A stretch of DNA of 64,000 nucleotides from Mantamonas sphyraenae STR306 (Eukaryota; Protista; CRuMs): contig JAPMXV010000076.1 in the NCBI GenBank assembly GCA_026936335.1, forward strand, positions 1 through 64,000. Direction: 5' to 3'. The translations under genes were made by a program, and so were the position numbers. The notes under the pieces are model-generated. The model had not been told where the DNA came from, did no database searches, and saw only the letters and a list, made by a program, of their open reading frames with translations. This document shows, one piece after another, positions 35,014 through 49,154 of the stretch. Position 1 is the stretch's first letter, and every line of letters begins with the position of its first letter.

Positions 35014-38000
35014 TCATTTTCCATTGCCTTCAAACGCACTGTACACATTCCTCAGCCTTTTCAGTTCCCTTGTCTGCTGATCGTAAGGCACTATTGCGAA
35101 ATATCCTCTGCCATACACCCTGATCCCCAGAGACGCCAAAAAGTGGGCTCCTCCCTTGCTTACCTCATTCGTCCAGTCCTTCTCGCCAAACTCGTACCCA
35201 CATTCCAACAGCACTTGACAACGGATGAGCATCTCATCAGAATCCGATGACAGCACACCGCGAGCCCATTCGCCCCAGTTCCCCCGTCGTTCCTGGCACT
35301 CCTGGCGCAATTGCCCCACCTTTTCCCACCTCTTCAGCGTCTGCTCACCAAGTTTCTCTGCTCCCAAGGCCTCATACAACCCCTTTGTCACCACCATGAA
35401 TGGAATGCGCGACACCAGTGCCTCCAGAACCTGCGGATCCTTGTACCGCAGCAGTAGCCCCACTAACATCTCGTTGTCCACCTCATCGCGGATTTCAAGC
35501 AGCTTCTCAAATGCCGTCGAGCTGTCCAACTCGTACAGATACGCACATATTTCCTCCAAAGCTATTCGACCGATTCCCACCATCAACCGCTTCAACACGA
35601 GACTCAATCCTTGGTCAATGAGCCCACAGACGACGCGCTTTTGCAACTCCTCACTGTACTCATCGACTTCGTCGATTCGAGGCATCATGATGCCCAGTAC
35701 CTTCACAGGGAACCCATCGTCCAGCAGCTGCATCCACCTTTCCTCAGTAGCTAGTTCCCTCGACCAACACCCAGCGTCCAGCTCATCCGCATGCACGGGC
35801 TCGCCCACTTCCAGATCTTCTGCGTTCACGAGCTTGCCCACTTCCACCACATCCACATTCTCCAGCCCCTCCATGGCCACTGGCATCACCTCCGAGTCGT
35901 TGCAGGGTTCTTTCCCCACTGTTCTGCTCATCCACTGCCGTACGTAATTCACAAAGGCCTCAGCCCCATTCTCTCTGCACACGCTCACACATCGATTCAC
36001 CTGCTGTTGCCAGCGTTTTTGCAAGCTTTCCCGAATGGATATGACATGTGCGTTCTCCTTCAGCTCGTATGGCACCCACAATGCCCTGTCGTCATCATCG
36101 AATTTGTCCTTGGACAACAGGATTGGCAACAGCCGTTCGTCATGGTCACACCTGTAGCACTCGAGTATGGTCTCGACCTCCAGTTGCGTCGTGTGCCGCT
36201 CCGCTGCCCACAGTACAGCATCCCTGCATTCCAGAGTTGCCTCATACGGCCCCGTGTTTTCAAGGGCACGCGTGAGGAATGTCAGCACATGCTCCCTTGG
36301 AAGCACCATGCCCATGCTGTCAAGGGCCGCCCTCAGATCACCAGGTTTGGCTATTTCAAGAGCCAAATCCCATGCCTTCCGGTCCACCAACAAACGAATG
36401 GCTTCCTTGTGCGGGTGTGTCTTGTACACGTTCGCCACAGTGGCGTCATCCAGCTGCTCCCCGTGGTGGACCAGCACCCACTCCACGGCGTTCCATACTG
36501 TCCAGTCATCTGTTCTTCGGACACGCTCGAGAAATGGCAGCACATGCTCGTGCGGAAGCACCATGCCCTTGTTGTCTAGAACTGCCGTCAGATCTCCTGG
36601 TCTGGCAATGTCAACGACCACCTCCCATGCCACCCGCTCCACCAGAACAGCCAGAAGTGTGTTGGAATGATATTTTCTATACAGCTGTACCCCCGTGTCG
36701 TTGTCCAGTTGTGACACGAATCGAGGTGTGCTGGCGATCCAATCCGCCGTTGCCCATTCATCCTGTACATCCTTGAGGTACAGTTTGGCATGTTTGACAA
36801 GTGTGGCCATGGCTTTCCTCCGGCCCTGCACCAGGATGAGTGCCTTGTGCAGTGCATCGGCTGGCGCATTCTTGACCAAAGCTTCAAAAGGTAGCGTGGA
36901 CAGCACACATGAGACCAGTGCGCGGTTGTCCAGCACCCATGGCAACTCCTTCAACAGAGTCAAGTTCTCCTCCGACTCACAGACTGTTTGCAACGCCTTG
37001 GACCATTCGGCTTCTGGCAAATTTCCCGCAATGCAGGCAAGCATACCGTTGCACCCGCGCAGTCCCACTGCCATTGCTTCCTTCACACCGGCAACACCGT
37101 GTCCCAAAATAACCTGCGTCAACGCTGAACGGGTGTGCCGCACCCGCCCTCTGTCCTGCATAGCATGCTTTGCGCGTGCAACGATGTTGGACAGTGGCAC
37201 GTCTGCCAGTGTTTGTCCGTTAGATTCCGGCTCACCCAACCGCTCCTCGCGCCAATAGGTATCCCCATCGTCGTCTTCATCCCAGTCTATATCCCTTTCC
37301 ACGCCCTCCCAGTACAAGGGATCATCTTCAATCTTTTCCACGAGATGCTTTGGGACACCTGCTGCCAACAAAACACCTCTCATTGCAGAATAGAAAGGCA
37401 GAAATCTCTGGACATTACCCAGTAGGAGCCAGCAATCTTCCTCGTCGTCCCAACTGTAGTCGTACCAACCGTCGTCCCAACTGTGGTAGCCCAATGTTGT
37501 TCGCCGCAACACACAGTGCAGCGCAGAAAGTGAGCGTCCACACACACGTGGCAGGTCATCCACATCCATGCGTTCAGGCACACTGTTTCCCCCCAACAGC
37601 TCAAACAAGGCCCTGTTCCAGTACAGCCGGTTCATCCGTGGCACCCGGTGCCGTTTGTCGTCAAACTTGACCACCACACCACCACATTCGCCCAGTGTGG
37701 ACACAAGGGTGCTCCTCAGTGGCTGGTTGTCCACTTGGTACAGGTCGCCCATGTCCACCATGTGTGTGTTGATGGAGAAGAGGGCAAGTGCACTACTCGC
37801 GTCCAAACGAGGCACCACACGCTCCCACACCTCCACTGGAACCTGTGACAGCAGTGTCTCCATGCGGGAGGGCGGAGTTCTCTGACGACGAGGGCGACGG
37901 GAGCGACGTGAGGCGGTGCTCTGTGCTGCGTCACCCAGCTGCAGCTGCTGGTCGCCGGATTCCGACCTGTCAGAAACACACCCAGCACACACGGGTTCAC

Positions 38001-38244
38001 CATGGCCATGTCAGCACAGATAAAGGGTGGAGTGGGTGAGAATGGGTGGCTGCAGTGCTTCCTACCTGCTTGTCTGTGTGTCGTCCACCGTCATGTCGTC
38101 TGTGTGGTTGGCGAGCTTTGCCGCTGCTCGCATCTTGGCCACCCGCTGACGTTTGGGTGCAGGGGTGGCGTCCACCAATTGGCCATCTTCCTCATCAACC
38201 ACATCCTCATCCTCTCCATCCACTGTGCTACGCTTGCGGGACAT
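35014..38244 (-). CDS. F-box-like protein, tandem copy A (exon 1 38244-38066, intron 38065-37967)
   Basis: Exon 1 MSRKRSTVDGE..PKRQR (NLS-like) is spliced via GTAGG..ACAG to an ORF containing LLSQVPVEVWERVVPRLDASSALALFSIN. Confidence 0.82.
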
Positions 38245-38609
38245 GAATGTGTGTCCACAGTGGTGGCCTTGAATGCGGAGTTCCTTTGGCCAAGGCCGAG
38301 CTGGCACCACGTCCCAACACAACGATCGACCCAACATTGCATCCACAATGGAACACAATGAGGCCCACACAATCGCCCGTCGGTGCTTCTCAGAATCTCA
38401 GAGAGCACCTTGTGTCCGCTGGATGGCCCCCATCTGATTCCAAACTCCAACCCATGAACAGACCACCAACCCATGAAGAACTAACGAATCCAACGACTCA
38501 ACAAGACATGGGGGACCAACGCACTAGCATGGACTCCGTTCCATTCGCTGATCCCTTGGCAAGACCGAACTACAATCGCTGCACACCAGAAAACGTCCGT
38601 GATGAACCA

Positions 38610-41474
38610 CTACATTTCAAAGGCTCTGTACACTTCCCTCAACTTTTTCAGTTTCTCTGTCTGCCGACTGTAAGGCGCTAGTCTGCCATATCGTCTGCGA
38701 TACAATCTGATCCCCAGAGACGCCAAAAAGTTGGCTCCTCCTTCGCTTACATCATTCGTCCAGTCCTCCTTCCCAAACCCGTGCCCACACTCCAACAGTA
38801 CTTGACAATGGATGAGCATATCATCAGAATCCGATGAAAGCACCTTGCGAGCCCATCCCCTCCATTTCCCCCGTTGTGCGTGGCACTCCTGGCGCACTTC
38901 CTCCACCTTTTCCCACCTCTTCTGCGTCTCCTCACCAAGTTTCTCTCCTCCCACGGCCTCGTACATCCCTTTTGTCACCATCATGAATGGGATGCGGGAC
39001 ACCAGTGCCTCCAGGACGTGCGGATCCTTGTACTGCAGCAGCAGCTTCAGCAGCATCTCGTAGCCCACTCCAACGTGGATTTCAAGCACCTTCTCAGGTG
39101 CCGTCGAGCTGTCCAACTCGTACAGATACGGATAAACGTCCTTTGCAAGGTACAGCTTGCTGGGTCTCTTCAGGAACGGCTTCACTTCGCGAGTCATTCC
39201 ATGCTCAATGAGCCCACGGACGACGCGTCTCTGCAGCTCAACACCGTACTCAAGAAAACCATCGATCAGAGGCATCATGATGCCCAATACCTTCACAGGG
39301 CACCCATCGTCCAGCAGCTGCACCCACCTTTCCTCAGTGGCCAGTTCCTTCGACCACCGCCCTTTCTCCAGCTCTTCTGCGTTCACAAGCTCGCCCACCT
39401 TCACCACATCCTCGTTTTCCAGCCCCTCCATGGCCACTGCCATCACCTCCGAGTCGTTGCAGGGGTTTCTCCTCACTGTTCTGCGCATCCACTGCCGCAC
39501 GTAATTCACAAATTCCTCAGTCCCATTCTCTCTGCACACGCTCACACATCGATTCAACTGCTGTTGCCAACGTTTTTGCAAGCATGCCCGAATGGCTTCG
39601 GATCGTACGTTCTCCTTCACCTCGTAAGGCACCCACAAAGCCCTGTCGTCGTCATCAAAGTCATCCTTGGAACACAGGATTGGCAACAGCCTTTTGTCAT
39701 GGTCACATCTGTAGCACTCGAGTATGGTCTCGACATCCAGTTGCGCCGCGTGCAGCTTCACTGCCAACAGCACAGCATTATTACGATCCCAATTTTGGGC
39801 AAACGGCACCGATTTGTCAAGGGCACGCTCGAGAAATGGCAGCAAATGCTCCTGCGGAAGCACCATACCCTTCTTTCTAAGGCACGCCATCAGATCCAAA
39901 GGATTGACTACGTCAATAACCAACTCCCATGCCTTCCGATCCACCAGAACAGCCAGAAACTCCTGGAGATGATGTCTTCGATACAGCTGTACCACGGCAT
40001 CGTTGTCCACTTGTGACACGATTTGAGGTGTGCGGGCAATCCACCTCTCTGTTGCCCAATCTCTCAGAGCAGCCTCGCAGAGCATCTTGGCATGTTCGAC
40101 AAGTGCGGCCATAGCCTTCTCTTCACCCTCCATCATGATGAGTGCCCTGTGCAGTGCATCAGCTGGTGCATTCATGACCAAAGCATCCATGGGTAGCGTA
40201 GACAGCACACATGAAACCAGAGCGCCGTTGTCCAGCACAAGCCGCAACTCTTGCAACAGAGTCAAGTTCTCTGACTCACAGAGTGCTTGCAACGCCTTTG
40301 GCCATTCGGCTTCTGGCAGCATTTCTGCAATGCAGGCGAGCATGCCATCACACCCGCTCAGCCCCATTGCCGTTGCTTCCTTCACACCAGCAACGCCGTG
40401 TCCCACAAACACCTGCGTCAACGCATTGCTGGTGTGCCGAAGCTCATTTTGGCTACGGGCATACTTCACATATGGCTCTACGTTTGACAGTGGCACGTCT
40501 ACCAGTGTTCGTCCCATCGAGTCTGGGTCACCGAGTTTTCCGTTCACACGGGAGACCTGCGCGATTTTGCCGTTGTAGATCGCGTCCATGTCGGCATTCA
40601 CCTTGATAGATTGCAGAGGTCTCTTCGGAGCACCTGCTGCCATTAAAGCGCCGTACCGTGCCTCGCGGAAGGGCACACAGGAATAAACGACCTTCAACAA
40701 GGCCTTGTTGGTGCACTTGCTCAGCTTCGTTCGCCGCAGCACACAGTGCAGCACAGGAAGTGAGCGTCCACACACACGTGGCAAGTCCTCTGCATGCATG
40801 CACTCAGGCACACTGTTTTCCCCAAACAGCTCAAAGAGGGCCCTGTTCAAGTACAGGCGGTTCAGCCGCGGCACCCGGTGCCGTTTGTGTCCAAACTTGA
40901 CCACCACAAGACCGATCTCACCCAGTGTGGACACAAGCGTGCTTCTCAGTGGCTGGTTGTCCACTTGGTACAGGTCGCCCATGTCCACCATGTGTGTGTT
41001 GATGGAGAAGAGGGCAAGTGCACTACTCGCGTCCAACCGAGGGACCACACGCTCCCACACCTCCACTGGCACCTGTGACAGCAGTGTCTCCATGCGGGAG
41101 GGCGGAGTTCTCTGGCGACGAGGGCGATGGGGGCGACGTGAGCCGGTGTTCTGTGCTGTGTCACCCAGCTGCAGCTGCTGGTCGCCGGATTCCGACCTGT
41201 CAGAAACACACCCAGCACACACGGGTTCACCATGGCCATGTCAGCACAGATAAAGGGTGGAGTGGGTGAGAATGGGTGGCTGCTGTGCTTCCTACCTGCT
41301 TGTCTGTGTGTCGTCCACCGTCATGTCGTCGGTGTGGCTGGTGAGCTCTGCCGATGCTCGCATCTTGGCCACCCGCTGACGTTTGGGTGCAGGTGTGGCG
41401 TCCACCAATTGGCCATCTTCCTCATCAACCACATCCTCATCCTCTCCATCCACTGTGCTACGCTTCCGGGACAT
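38610..41474 (-). CDS. F-box-like protein, tandem copy B (intron 41295-41197)
   Basis: Same exon structure and motif as copy A. Confidence 0.82.
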
Positions 41475-41836
41475 GAATGTGTGTCCTCAGTGGTGGCCTT
41501 GAATACGGATTTCCTTTGGCCACGGCCGAGCTGGCACCACGTCCCAACACCACGATCGACCCCAACATTGCATCCACGTTGGACCCACAATGACGCTCAC
41601 ACACTCTTCCGTCGTCTCTTCTCAGCATCTCAGAGAGCACCTTGTGTTTGCTGGATGGCTCCATCTGATTCCAAACGCCAACCCATCTACACACCACCAA
41701 CCCATGGTGAACGAACCAAGCCAACGATTCAACAAAACGGGAGAACCAACGCAACAGCATGGACTCTGTTCCATCGCTGGTCCCTTGCAAAGACCGAACA
41801 ACACACGCTGCATCCCAGACAACACGCGTGTGAACA

Positions 41837-44800
41837 CTACATTCCAAACGCACTGTACACTTCCCTCAGCCCTTTCAGTTCCTGTGTCTCCTCATCGAAA
41901 TGTACTCTGTTGCAATATGGTCTGCCAAACACACTGATCCCCAGAGACGCCAAAAACTTTGCTCCGCGCTTGCTTATCTCACGCGTCCAGTCCTTCTCCC
42001 CAAACTCGTACCCGCACTCCAACAGCACTTGTAACCGGATGAGCATATCATCAGAATACGATGACAGCATCTTGCGAGCCCATTCACTCCAATCCTCCCG
42101 TTGTGCCTGGCACTCCCGCCGGACTTGCTCCACCTCTTCCCACCTCTTCTGTGTCTCCTCACCCAGTGTCTCTCCTCCCATGGCCTCGTACATCCCTTTT
42201 GTCACCACCATAAATGGGATGCGCGACACCAGTGCCTCCACGACCTGCGGATCCTTGTGCAGCAGGAGCAGCTCTCGCAACGTCTGGTTGTCCACTCTGT
42301 CGTGGAGTTCAAGCAGCCTCTCAAATGCCGTCGAGCTGTCCAACTCGTACAGATACGTATATGTTTCCTTCAAAGCTATTCGGCTGGTCCCCGCCACCAA
42401 CCGCTTCAACACGAGACTCAATCCTTGGTCAATGAGCCCACGGACGACGCGCCGCTGCAGCTCAACACTGTACTCATGAACGTCGTCCATTCGAGGCATC
42501 ATGATGCCCAGTACCTTCACAGGGAACCCATCGTCCAGCAGCTGCACCCACCGCTCCTCAGTGGCGAGTTCCTTCGACCACCGCCATGCCTCCAGCTCTT
42601 CTGCGTTCACGAACTTGCCCACGTTCCCCATATCCTCGTTCTCCAGCCCCTTCATGGCCACTGTCATCACCTCCGAGTCGTTGCAGGGTTCTTTCCCCAC
42701 TGTTCTGCTCATCCACTGCCGCACGTATTCCACAAACGCCTCAGCCCCATTCTCTCTGCATACACTCGCACATCGACTCACCTGCTGATGCCAGCGTTCT
42801 TGCACGCTCGTCCGAATGGCTGCGGCGAGTGCAGACCGCTTCAGCTCGGATGGCACCCACAATGCCCTGTCGTCGTCTTCGATGTTGTCCTTGGACAGCA
42901 GGCTAGGCAACAGCCTTTCGTCATGGTCACATCTGTAGCACTCGAGTATGGTCTCGACCTCCAGTTGCGCCGTGTGCCGCTCCACCGCCCACAACACATT
43001 CTGATTGCGTCCCCACTCTTGGGCATACGGCCCCGTTTTCTCAAGGGCACGCGTGAGCAATGTCATCACATGCTCCTGCGGAAGCACCATGCCCTTGCTG
43101 TCAAGGACCGCCCTCAGATCCGTAGGTTTGGCAATGTCAACAACCGTCTCCCAAGCCTCACGCTCCACTAGCAAACGAATGGCTTCCTTGTTCGGGTGTG
43201 TCTTGTAAACGCTCGCCACCGTGTCTTCATCCAGCTGGTCCCCGTGGTGGACCAGCACCCACTCCACGGCGGCCTGATCAACTCTTCGGGCACGCTCGAC
43301 AAGTCGCAACACATGCGCCTTCGGAAGCGTTTTACCCTTGCTGTCAAGTTCTTCAGTCAGTTCACTTGGTCTTGCAATGGCTTCCTTCCATGCCTCCCGT
43401 TCCACCAGAACAGCCAGAAGATCCTTGAGATGATACTCTCCACACAGCTGTACCACTTCATCGTTGTCCAGTTGTGACACGAATCGAGGTGTGCGGGCAA
43501 TCCACCTCTCCGTTGCATATTCTCCCCGTGCAGCCTCGAAGAGCAGTTTGGAATGTTCGACAAGTGTGGCCATGGCCTTCTCCTCGCCCTCCACCAGGAT
43601 GAGTGCCTTGTGAAGTGCATAGGTTGGTGCATTCTTGACCAAAACTTCGAAAGGTAGCGTGGACAGCACACATGAAACCAGGTCATGGTTGTCCAGCACA
43701 TCCGGCAACTGCCGCATCAGAGTCAAGTTCTTCTCCGCACAGAGTGCTTGCAACGCCTTGGACCATTCGGCTTCTGGCAAATTTCCCGCAATGCAGGCAA
43801 GCATACCGTTGCACCCGCGCAGTCCCATTGCTATTGCTTCCTTCACACCAGCAACGCCGTGTCCCACAAACACCTGCGTCAACGCTGAACGGGTGTGCTC
43901 CACCCGCCCCTCTCCCTCTTCCATTGCATACTTGACGTGTGCAACGATGTTGGACAGTGGAACGTCTGCCAGTGTTCGTCCCATCGAGTCCGGATCACCC
44001 AAGCACACGTACTCGACCCCACTCCCGGTGTCCCCATCGTAAATCGCATCCATGTCGTCATACATCTCCATGAAATCATCGACATACTCCCGGTCACCTG
44101 CTGCCAACAAAACAGCTCCCTTCGCCTCAGGGAAAGGCAGATCGTCCTCGAGATCGTACCGCAGGTAGTAGTAATCGTCGTCGTCCCAAGTGTTGCCCGG
44201 TGTTGTTCGCCGCAGCACACAGTACAGCGCAGGCAGCGAACGACCACACACACGTGGCAATTCGTCCACATGCATGCGTTCAGGCACACTGTTCTCCCCA
44301 AACAGCTCAAACAGGGCCCTCTTCAGGTACAGCCGGTTCAGCCGTGGCACCCGGTGTCGTTTGTCGCCAAACCAGACCACCACACCACCAATCTCGCCCA
44401 ATGTGGACACAAGCGTGCTTCTCAGTGGCTGGTTGTCCACTTGGTACAGGTCGCCCATGTCCACCATGTGTGTGTTGATGGAGAAGAGGGCAAGGGCGCT
44501 ACCCGCGTCCAAACGAGGAACCACACGTTCCCACACCTCCACTGGCACCTGTGACAGCAGTGTCTCCATGCGGGAGGGCGGTGGTATCTGGGGACGGGAG
44601 CGACGTGAGGCGGTGTTCTGTGCTGTGTCACCCAGCTGCTGCTGCTGCTGGTCGCCGGATTCCGACCTGTCAGAAACACACACAGCCCACACGGGTTCAC
44701 CCTGGCCATGTCAGCACAAAGGAAGGGTGTAGTGGGTGAGAATGGGTGGCTGCACTGCTTCCTACCTGCTCGCCCGTGTGTCGTCCACCGTCATGTCGTC

Positions 44801-44944
44801 GGTGTGGCTGGTGAGCTTTGCCGCTGCTCGCATCTTGGCCACCCGCTGACGTTTGGGTGCAGGGATGGCGTCCACCAATTGGCCATCTTCCTCATCAGCC
44901 ACATCCTCATCCTCTCCATCCACTGTGCTACGCTTGCGGGACAT
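41837..44944 (-). CDS. F-box-like protein, tandem copy C (intron 44765-44667)
   Basis: Same exon structure and motif as copy A. Confidence 0.82.
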
Positions 44945-46532
44945 GAATGTGTGTCCGCAGTGGTGGCCTTGAATGTGGAGTTCCTGTGGCAAAGGCCGAG
45001 CACCCACAGTGGCGTCGTCTGTGACACTCTGCCCTCTCAGTCGCCCATACCCAACCCCTCTGTTTCTCCTCTCTGTCCACACCCGCACCGGCTGCAAAGC
45101 ACACCGAAAAGAGTGCACCTGCCATTGTGCGAGGTGTGTGGTGTGGCTGCTCTCCACAACGGCCGACTGCGTCTCACGACCAACCCAGGCACATCCAGCG
45201 ACTGATTCCATGCATTTACCACCCTCTTCCATGTGTATCCCTGTTCGATTGACCTGTGGCGTGCTGTGCTGGGCATTCGAGCGAGTGATCAGGAATCCGC
45301 CAGATTTTCCCCAGTTCGCCCACCAGCCTTCGTCCTGCAACCCAGCGTCCCTGGACATCCCCCATCCCCATCATCCAACGCCCTTTTCATTCCCTCGGTT
45401 CTTCCCCTGCACCGTGTGCATGCTCAACACCCCATGTTGTCCCCACTCCTTCCTCCACGTGTGCGTTTTGCACCCCGTTTGCACTGCTTCCTGCTTTCCA
45501 CTCACCCAAATTCTCCTTGTCCTCCCTTTGCTGCCAACCACGACCATTGAACAGATTGCTTTGCACATCATTGCCTCGTGTGTCCTCCCATTCCAACGCC
45601 AAATCCACCATGGTGTTCACATCCGTCCAGGGGTGCCTGTGCATGTCCCCACGTGCATTGCGGCATCCATCGTTGTGTATTCTTCTGTTCGGGGCTGCCA
45701 GCAAAAGCCCGCAGCTCCCGCGTCTCCTCTCCCCACCCTGTCGTCGTCCAACGACACAGCGGAAACGTCCAAAGCTCACATCCTCCCAGCTGCCGTTGTC
45801 CTCATTGCTGTGTTCCACCGTGTCCTCCACACTCGATAGGGGCAGTCTGCGTCTCATGGGGTCCCCTTTTGGCCAGTGCCGTCCTTGTCCCTTTGGTCCA
45901 TCGGGCGCCGACAAAAACCAAAAGGCGAGGCTGACTCCACTCCCTCCGCTTCCTTCCCCCATCCATCCTTTCCTGCACCATTTCCCACACACCACCCAAG
46001 TGTCATGACACCCAAATCCAGGCGTCTGTCCATCCTCCTCTTCCCCGTCTCCCTTTCCATTCTTCAAGCAATCCATTCCCAACTCCTTCTCTCCCTCGTC
46101 TTCCTCAGCTACGCTGTGTCCCATTTTGCTTCTCCACGCCCACCCTCCCCTCAGTGTACCCCCATCCTCCCTCCCACCCTGATGCTCAACAGCAGCTGAC
46201 ATGTGCGTGTGCATGCCATGTGCCGTTTGATCTCCCCCCTGTTTTTCCATGTCATCCTCCCACACCAAATAAGCACCAGGTTGGCCCTGTGCCATTTCAT
46301 CCCTGGGTTTCCTTTCTGCCCTTTTGACGGAATGGGGCCGAGGGTGGCCAAATGCATTTGTCACGCGCTCTCTGTGCAAGCCACCCGCCCCGCTCCACCC
46401 GGGAGTGTTTCCCCACCTCTTTGGGCAAGTGGATTCTGCATTCATTTCCACCTGGCGATCATTCCACGTTGGGTTCACCCTTTTTGGCACCTATTCTGCT
46501 GCTCCATTCCACCGCCGTGTCGGTGCTGCTCT

Positions 46533-46735
46533 TGGCCCGGCCTCTCACGTGCCACTGCACAGCCCATCAGACTCCAGACTCAATGTCACCCCGCACATGG
46601 GTGATTTCCATCCATGGTATCAGCGACAAGACACAAGAATGTGTTTGTGACGCACACAGCGTCGTTTTACCCCGTGGCCAGACTTTGGCCTGGCCATGGC
46701 CCTGCACTTTTTTGATCGACATTTTGGCCCAGCAC
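46533..46735 (+). repeat. Dispersed noncoding element, copy 3
   Basis: tggcccggcctctcacgtgccactgcacagcccatcagactcc..catccatggtatcagcgacaagacacaag. Confidence 0.88.
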
Positions 46736-46803
46736 CAGGCCGGATTTGCAGGTTGTTTTTCGTTTCGCGCAGTGTGACCCAACGAAAGGAACTTCTCCCA
46801 CGC

Positions 46804-48781
46804 ATGTCAATGTCATCGAGCAGTTCCATAGCCAACAACAACAGCCAAGTTGCCCAATGTGTGCCTCCCGAGGAGGAACGCGATCGTCCAGAAAAGCTCC
46901 TCTCCTTGCTCAGCGATCTCCACGCCCGATACGCTGCAACCACAGGTAGCGGGCATCAGAGTTCAAAAGGAGGGGTTCCCACATCACCTTTTGTCCTCGT
47001 CCTTCAAATTGGATGTCCGTATGCCGATTTGTATCTCGAGTTCCCGGGTTTGGGACCGAAAGGTTGGGGTCGACGTTTCCGTCCTCATTCCGTTTTTTGT
47101 CCACGTCCGCTCACACACGCACACACGCTCGCCCCACTGGTCAACCTCAGGAAGCAAATTGGCATGCCACAAAGCCGTCGTGTGCAACCTGTCACCGTAC
47201 GTGAAAACCGCACTGGAAGCTGCAGAGGGCAGCGACGACACAGTTAGCTTTGACCCGTTCAATCGTGAGTGCCAAGCGGCCCTGAAGGAGGCCATCGAGA
47301 CACTGTATCTTCCCAACCAATCCCAGGAGGAAGGGTTTCGGAAGCATGGTCAGTATCCAGAGGCAGCAGCACGCAAGGTGCGACTTCTCTGCGCTGCCCA
47401 GCAGCTGCAGATTGTCCCACTGCTCCCTTTGGCAGCGACTGAAATCACGTTCCGGGCCTTTTCAGAGGTGGAGCATATGGTGCAACTGTGCAAGGAGATC
47501 AAGCCGCTGGCTGATATCGCGCTGAATGTGTTTCACCATGTGCTGCACTTGCTGGGTAAGATGGAGACTGCTCGACGAAACGTCGACTACGATCTGTCCT
47601 TCCTGACCCCGCACGAGGTGATCCTTGCCGTCCACAACACGTGGAAACCGAACAATGGGCACTGCAGTGTCACGGCGAGTCATTGGATGCTGAGTGCGTA
47701 TCTGAAGGAAGCCAACGTGGAGAGGTTCACCTGTGAAAGTGCGAGGCAACTGCAGTGGGTGCTCGAGCACGTCGGCAACCACACGTACAGTGAGTTTCTG
47801 CTGGACTTGTGCGACCAAGGTCTTTTGGACCGAAGCCACGTGGTGGAACAGCTGTGTGACCAGCAGGTGGACGACGTGCTCTGTCGTTTGACGCCGGGAG
47901 AGTTGGCGGGGCGTTTGCGGGCCACTATGCAGGCACACCGATCATGGCAGTCAGAACGGCGAGCTCAAGAATGGTTGGTCATGTTTATGCGTGGTGTGGA
48001 GGAGATGGATGACCAGGGGGGATCTGAGCTGTTGGAGGTCGTTCGAGAGTTCCGTGTTGTCCAGCGCGGTGTGCGCTCAACAACCGCAGCATGCCGTGAA
48101 ATCTTCCTCGCCTACGGCAGGCTCGGCTTGGGTTTGGAACCAGCCATCGACACGGCCATGCAGGTTTGTGGAGTCACCTTTGTGGAGAAGCACGGCGGTG
48201 ACGCAAACGCCATTGTGCTGTCTGCGTGCCGAATGGACTTGAGCGAGAAGCTGAAAACCCGCTGGTTGTGGTCCCACAAGGGAGACATGAGCAGGGACGC
48301 AGTGCAGGCGCTGGTGGAGAGGGTCACGTGCGAAAAGGCACCGGATATGTCGCGTCTGTTTGTGCTTGCACATGTGTTGGACACCCACGGTGTGGAGTGG
48401 AGGCATGTGGTGAAGATGCTGGGCACCGTGAAGGACGTGTTGGACAAGTATTGCACAGGTCTCCGTTCTTTCATCAGTTTCACAAGCCTGAGCCTGGCCC
48501 AGTTTACCATGCTGCTGAACCAATCGCAGCTGTCTCGAGTGTGCGACCAGTATGACCTTCTGGTGGCGGTAAATGAGTACTCAAGAGCAAATCCTCTGCA
48601 TGCAAGTGCCATTGGCGAGCTCGGACGCAGTCTGAAGCTGCACAATCTGTGGTGGAGGCACCTGAAGGAGCTTGAAAAGACACCTGTGGGCGTGGCCATT
48701 GGCAGGGAGGCCCTGAACGCGGCGAAGGCCAAAAAGGCCAAAAAGGGGAAGAAGAAAACGAAGAGAAAGGGACATTCGTGA
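46804..48781 (+). CDS. BTB/POZ protein with BACK-like C-terminal region (intron 47048-47150)
   Basis: Splicing gives YADLYLEFPGSKLACHKAVVCNLSPYVKTAL, a typical BTB start. FTSLSLAQFTMLL..DLLVAVNEY is BACK-like. Lys-rich tail. Confidence 0.8.
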
Positions 48782-49154
48782 TCGGTGGTGGCCGACATTC
48801 CCATCTCACGCGTGTGCAGTGCTGCCTTGAGGGGACGGGAGACAAGCCGTTGCCCGCAACACTGGACACGCGTGCACAGAGGCATAGTTCGATGTGCATC
48901 AAGCACGCTCGTCGATGGACAATTGGATGCAAAAGCGACCTTGTGTGTGCTCTTGTGTGCCACTTGCCTATCGACGGCGCGTGCGCTTGACGCGCAGCCA
49001 AATTACTGTGGCCGATGGGGAAGAGCGAAAGGGTAGTTTGCAGGTTCTGCCAAATGAAAACAACCAAATGTCCTGAAAGTGCACGCATGGTCTCTGTCTG
49101 TGTGTGTGTGCGGTGGGTTGTTGACGCGGTGCGTATTTCATCGCTCCCCGCACC

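Noticed and set aside
44973-46490. ORFs 44973..45839 (+) and 45387..46490 (-)
   Set aside because: Low-complexity translations with no domain signal, so treated as intergenic.
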